From NCBI GenBank assembly GCA_002104905.1, contig MCFE01000267.1:43627-107626 (forward strand): a stretch of 64,000 nt of DNA, read 5' to 3'. Each line of letters opens with the position of its first letter. Position 1 is the first letter of the stretch. A program made the position numbers and the translations under genes. This document shows, piece after piece, positions 60,908-64,000 of this stretch. The notes beneath the pieces are model-generated. The model did not search any database and was not told where the DNA came from. It saw only the letters and a program-made list of their open reading frames with translations. This DNA is from Basidiobolus meristosporus CBS 931.73. Taxonomy: Eukaryota; Fungi; Basidiobolomycota.

Positions 60908-63900
60908 CTATTCTCCTCTTCCAGGCGGAGCTCTGTTTCCCTTTGGGGCAGGTTTTGCAGGATATTGTTGGTGGAACTGGGTAACTAGTTCTTGACAATT
61001 AGTGAGATGTGTAGCTGGTTCCCATGTTTGGTCACTTGGGCCATAACCAATCCAGTCTACTAAGTAGTACAGCTTTGACCAGATATACTTGGAGTCTAGA
61101 ATCTGTTTAACTTCAAATTCTTGATGTTGGTCAACCTGGATAGCTTGGGGCTTTGCTTCTTGCCGGTTTGGCAATGTGTTCCTACAATACGGCTCCAGGA
61201 GGGACACATGGAAAGTATCATGGATTTTCATACTTGCTGGTAACTGTAGCTGATATACTATAGGGCTAAGCTTCTTCTTGATCTTGAAGGGACCAAGTTT
61301 CTTGAAATCCAACTTGTCACAAGGGCGGTTGGTGCTGATGTTTCTTCTGAGCAACCATACAGAATCTCCTTCATTAAGATCAGGGCTGGGATGCCGTTTT
61401 AGATTGGCAAATTTCTTGTAGCTTTCCTGAGCTAAGGATAGCTCTTCCTTGAGGGTGTTCTGGATGTCCTGGATTGCTTGGGCATGTTCAGCCGCATGTG
61501 GGCTCATTGGGTTTGTTGGAATCTGGATATCAAACTGAGGGTGGAATCCATAGTTTGCATAGAATGGTGTAAAACCGGTTGCACTATGACTTGAGTTGTT
61601 GTAGGCAAACTCAGCAACAGGGAGTAGATCAACCCAATTGTCTTGCTGGTAATTGATATAGCACCGGAGGTATTGCTCCAGAATCTGGTTGATTCTTTCA
61701 GTCTGGCCATCAGACTGTGGATGGAAGGCAGTAGAGAGCTTGACTTGAACACCAAGGTATTGCATGAAGTGTTTCCAAAACTTGGACACAAACTGTGGGC
61801 CTCTATCTGACACAATATCACTGGGGATACCATGAAGGCGGAAAATATTCTTCAGGACTAAAGCAGCAGTTTCTTTTGCATCAGTGTTCTTACAGCAAGG
61901 GATGAAGTGAGCCATCTTGGTCAGCCGGTCAGCCACTACAAGTATAGCATTGAAGCCACATGACTCAGGGAGGTCAGTAATGAAGTCCATAGATATAGAT
62001 CTCCATTGGTGTTCTGGGATAGGCAGGGGTTGAAGAAGTCCATAGGGCTGGTGTCTGGCTGGTTTTGCACAGTTGCAAATATCACAAGTCAGAATGTACT
62101 CTTTGATAAGAGTTATCATTCTAGGCCACCAGAAATCTCTTTTGATAGCATTCAAGGTTTTGGCAGTACCAAAGTGGCCTGCAGCCATTGAATCATGCCG
62201 AGACTTAATGATGTCTAGCTGGGTGGCAAGGTCTGGGACATAAAGCTGCTGCTTGTGGTAGATGAGGTTGTTTACCAAATGCAGGTTCTGGATGTTTGGG
62301 AACTTGGGAGGGGGCCCAACTGGGGATTCCAGATATTTCTTGATGGTGCTGGAAGTCATATCAGAGGCTTGGGATTCTGATATCCTTACTAGGAATGAAG
62401 GGATGACAAGACTTGAGGACTGGGTGGCAAGAATCTCAAAATGTTTCTTGCTCAGCAATGGGTGTTCCATTTGCCGACAGGCATCATCTCCCTCTTCCAG
62501 GGCATATTCCTTTTTTCTGGACAGGGCATCAGGCTTTCCTTGCTTTGCACCAGGTCTATAGGTGATAGTAAAGTCAAAGCTGGACAGGAAGAGTGACCAT
62601 CTGGCTTGTCTCCGGTTTAGTACTTTGGAAGTTGTAAAGTACTCAAGGTTCTTATGGTCACAGAAGACTTTGATTTTGTGTTTTGCACCGTCCAGGTAGT
62701 GTCTCCATTGCTCAAAGGCTACAATGATGGCAAGCAACTCCTTATCATAGATATCATAGTTGATCTCTGCAGGGGAAAACTTCCGAGAGTAGAATGCAAT
62801 GGGGTGCAACACATTGTCCTCATCATACTGGGAGAGTATGGCACCAAGGGCAAAATCAGAAGCATCAGTCTCCACTATGAATTGCTTCTCAAGGTCAGGG
62901 TGGGCAAGCAGGGGGGCCTTCAGGAAGGATTTCTTGAGTTGGTAGAATGAGCTGGATTGCTCCTCATTCCAGGCAAAAGGTGTGTTCTTCTGGGTAAGCT
63001 TTGTCAGAGGGGTGACTATCTTGGAGTAGTTGGCTATGAACCTGCAATAGAAGTTGGCAAATCCCAGGAAGGATTGTACTTCCTTGACTGAGCTTGGAGT
63101 TTTCCAGGATTGGACTGAGTCAACTTTCTTTGGGTCCATTCTTGTTCCCTCAGGGCTGATGAGATAACCAAGAAATTCCACTTCTCTCTGGTCAAATTCA
63201 CACTTCTCTAGCTTGGCATAGAGACCGGCAGAGTCTAGTTTTCTCAATACTTTCTTGACATGTTCATCATGTTCATCTTGTCTCTTGGAGTATATGAGAA
63301 TATCATCAAGGTAGATTACCACAAAATGGTCAAGGTATTTGCGGAATATGTCATTCATGAGGTGTTGAAACACAGCAGGGGCATTGGTGAGGCCAAATGG
63401 CATTACTTTGTATTCAAAGTGGCCATATCTTGTGCGAAAGGCAGTTTTCCATTCATCACCAGGCTTGATTCTGACAAGATTGTAAGCTCCTCTCAAGTCT
63501 ATCTTGGTGAAGACTTGGGCAGCAGATAGCTGATCCAACAGTGTGTTGATCAGGGGCAGGGGGTAGCGGTTCTTGACTGTGATCTTATTCAAAGCACGGT
63601 AGTCCACACACATTCTGAGGGTGCCATCCTTCTTCTTGACAAAGAGGATTGGGGCTCCAGCAGGTGATTTGGAGTGCTGAATAAAACCCTTCTGGAGGTT
63701 TTCTTGAATATAACCATGGAGTTCTTTCAACTCCGGCTGGGAGAGGTTATATATTGGGCCAAATGGAGGGACTTTTCCATCTTCAAGGTCAATAGGGCAG
63801 TCATAAGGCCGATGGTCAGGGAGGAGTTCTGCTTTCTTCTTGTCAAAGACATGGGCAAACTCTTGGTACTTGGCTGGTATAGTTGCTGAGGGGGCTCCTT

Positions 63901-64000
63901 CAGCTGGCAAGGTATCTTGGGCTGTTGAACTGTTGGCAACCGTCTTTTCACGGTTATCAGGGTCTGGGGATTTCATGGAGTTGACTTGGTGGGATCTGGT
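60908..64000 (-). CDS. pol: Ty3/Gypsy chromovirus pol (RT, RNase H, integrase, chromodomain), open to the window edge
   Basis: [55 protein letters not shown], chromodomain [25 protein letters not shown]; Tcn1/Tf2-like. Confidence 0.95.
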   Translation of the reverse strand, partial: TRSHQVNSMKSPDPDNREKTVANSSTAQDTLPAEGAPSATIPAKYQEFAHVFDKKKAELLPDHRPYDCPIDLEDGKVPPFGPIYNLSQPELKELHGYIQENLQKGFIQHSKSPAGAPILFVKKKDGTLRMCVDYRALNKITVKNRYPLPLINTLLDQLSAAQVFTKIDLRGAYNLVRIKPGDEWKTAFRTRYGHFEYKVMPFGLTNAPAVFQHLMNDIFRKYLDHFVVIYLDDILIYSKRQDEHDEHVKKVLRKLDSAGLYAKLEKCEFDQREVEFLGYLISPEGTRMDPKKVDSVQSWKTPSSVKEVQSFLGFANFYCRFIANYSKIVTPLTKLTQKNTPFAWNEEQSSSFYQLKKSFLKAPLLAHPDLEKQFIVETDASDFALGAILSQYDEDNVLHPIAFYSRKFSPAEINYDIYDKELLAIIVAFEQWRHYLDGAKHKIKVFCDHKNLEYFTTSKVLNRRQARWSLFLSSFDFTITYRPGAKQGKPDALSRKKEYALEEGDDACRQMEHPLLSKKHFEILATQSSSLVIPSFLVRISESQASDMTSSTIKKYLESPVGPPPKFPNIQNLHLVNNLIYHKQQLYVPDLATQLDIIKSRHDSMAAGHFGTAKTLNAIKRDFWWPRMITLIKEYILTCDICNCAKPARHQPYGLLQPLPIPEHQWRSISMDFITDLPESCGFNAILVVADRLTKMAHFIPCCKNTDAKETAALVLKNIFRLHGIPSDIVSDRGPQFVSKFWKHFMQYLGVQVKLSTAFHPQSDGQTERINQILEQYLRCYINYQQDNWVDLLPVAEFAYNNSSHSATGFTPFYANYGFHPQFDIQIPTNPMSPHAAEHAQAIQDIQNTLKEELSLAQESYKKFANLKRHPSPDLNEGDSVWLLRRNISTNRPCDKLDFKKLGPFKIKKKLSPIVYQLQLPASMKIHDTFHVSLLEPYCRNTLPNRQEAKPQAIQVDQHQEFEVKQILDSKYIWSKLYYLVDWIGYGPSDQTWEPATHLTNCQELVTQFHQQYPAKPAPKGNRAPPGRGE

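Noticed and set aside
62262-63889. Plus-strand ORFs antisense to the chromovirus pol (and similar short ORFs throughout the track)
   Set aside because: They are shadows of codon structure on the opposite strand and have no independent motifs.
1-64000. Classical ascomycete RIP (CpA to TpA)
   Set aside because: Differences between copies that I could polarise centre on CpG, and CA/TG are abundant rather than depleted. Some non-CpG transitions exist, so a computed spectrum is needed.
1-64000. Host protein-coding genes, rRNA or tRNA genes
   Set aside because: Nearly every segment is assigned to a repeated element by internal homology or TE motifs. The only tRNA-related sequences are primer-binding sites.

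Overview
No cellular host gene, rRNA, tRNA or CRISPR array is visible. The window is a deeply nested eukaryotic transposon cluster, probably fungal: the copia PBS matches fungal tRNA-iMet, and the CMC and chromovirus types are fungal-like. It holds (1) at least six copies or fragments of a CMC/EnSpm-type DNA transposon with CCCTATGAAA termini, divergent transposase and ORF2 genes, and a ~320-bp MITE; (2) three copies of an IS5/PIF-Harbinger-like (probably Pangu-type) two-gene transposon with AGACTTGTTCCAT termini and ANT target duplications, one young with both ORFs intact (44635-48036), plus two 211-bp MITEs; (3) three Ty3/Gypsy families, including a chromovirus with an open pol ORF (60908-64000); (4) two Ty1/copia families; (5) an unassigned solo-LTR-like element with a TAAAGGGG array. 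Most copies show heavy CpG-to-TpG/CpA decay. The strongest novel signals are a Gypsy family whose five insertions all have CG-centred 4-bp target duplications, an intact transposase ORF with zero CpG beside a CpG-rich partner gene, and residual CpGs of the chromovirus surviving almost only in CCG/CGG context. Boundaries and counts were read by eye; junctions with TSDs are exact, degenerate fragment ends are approximate.
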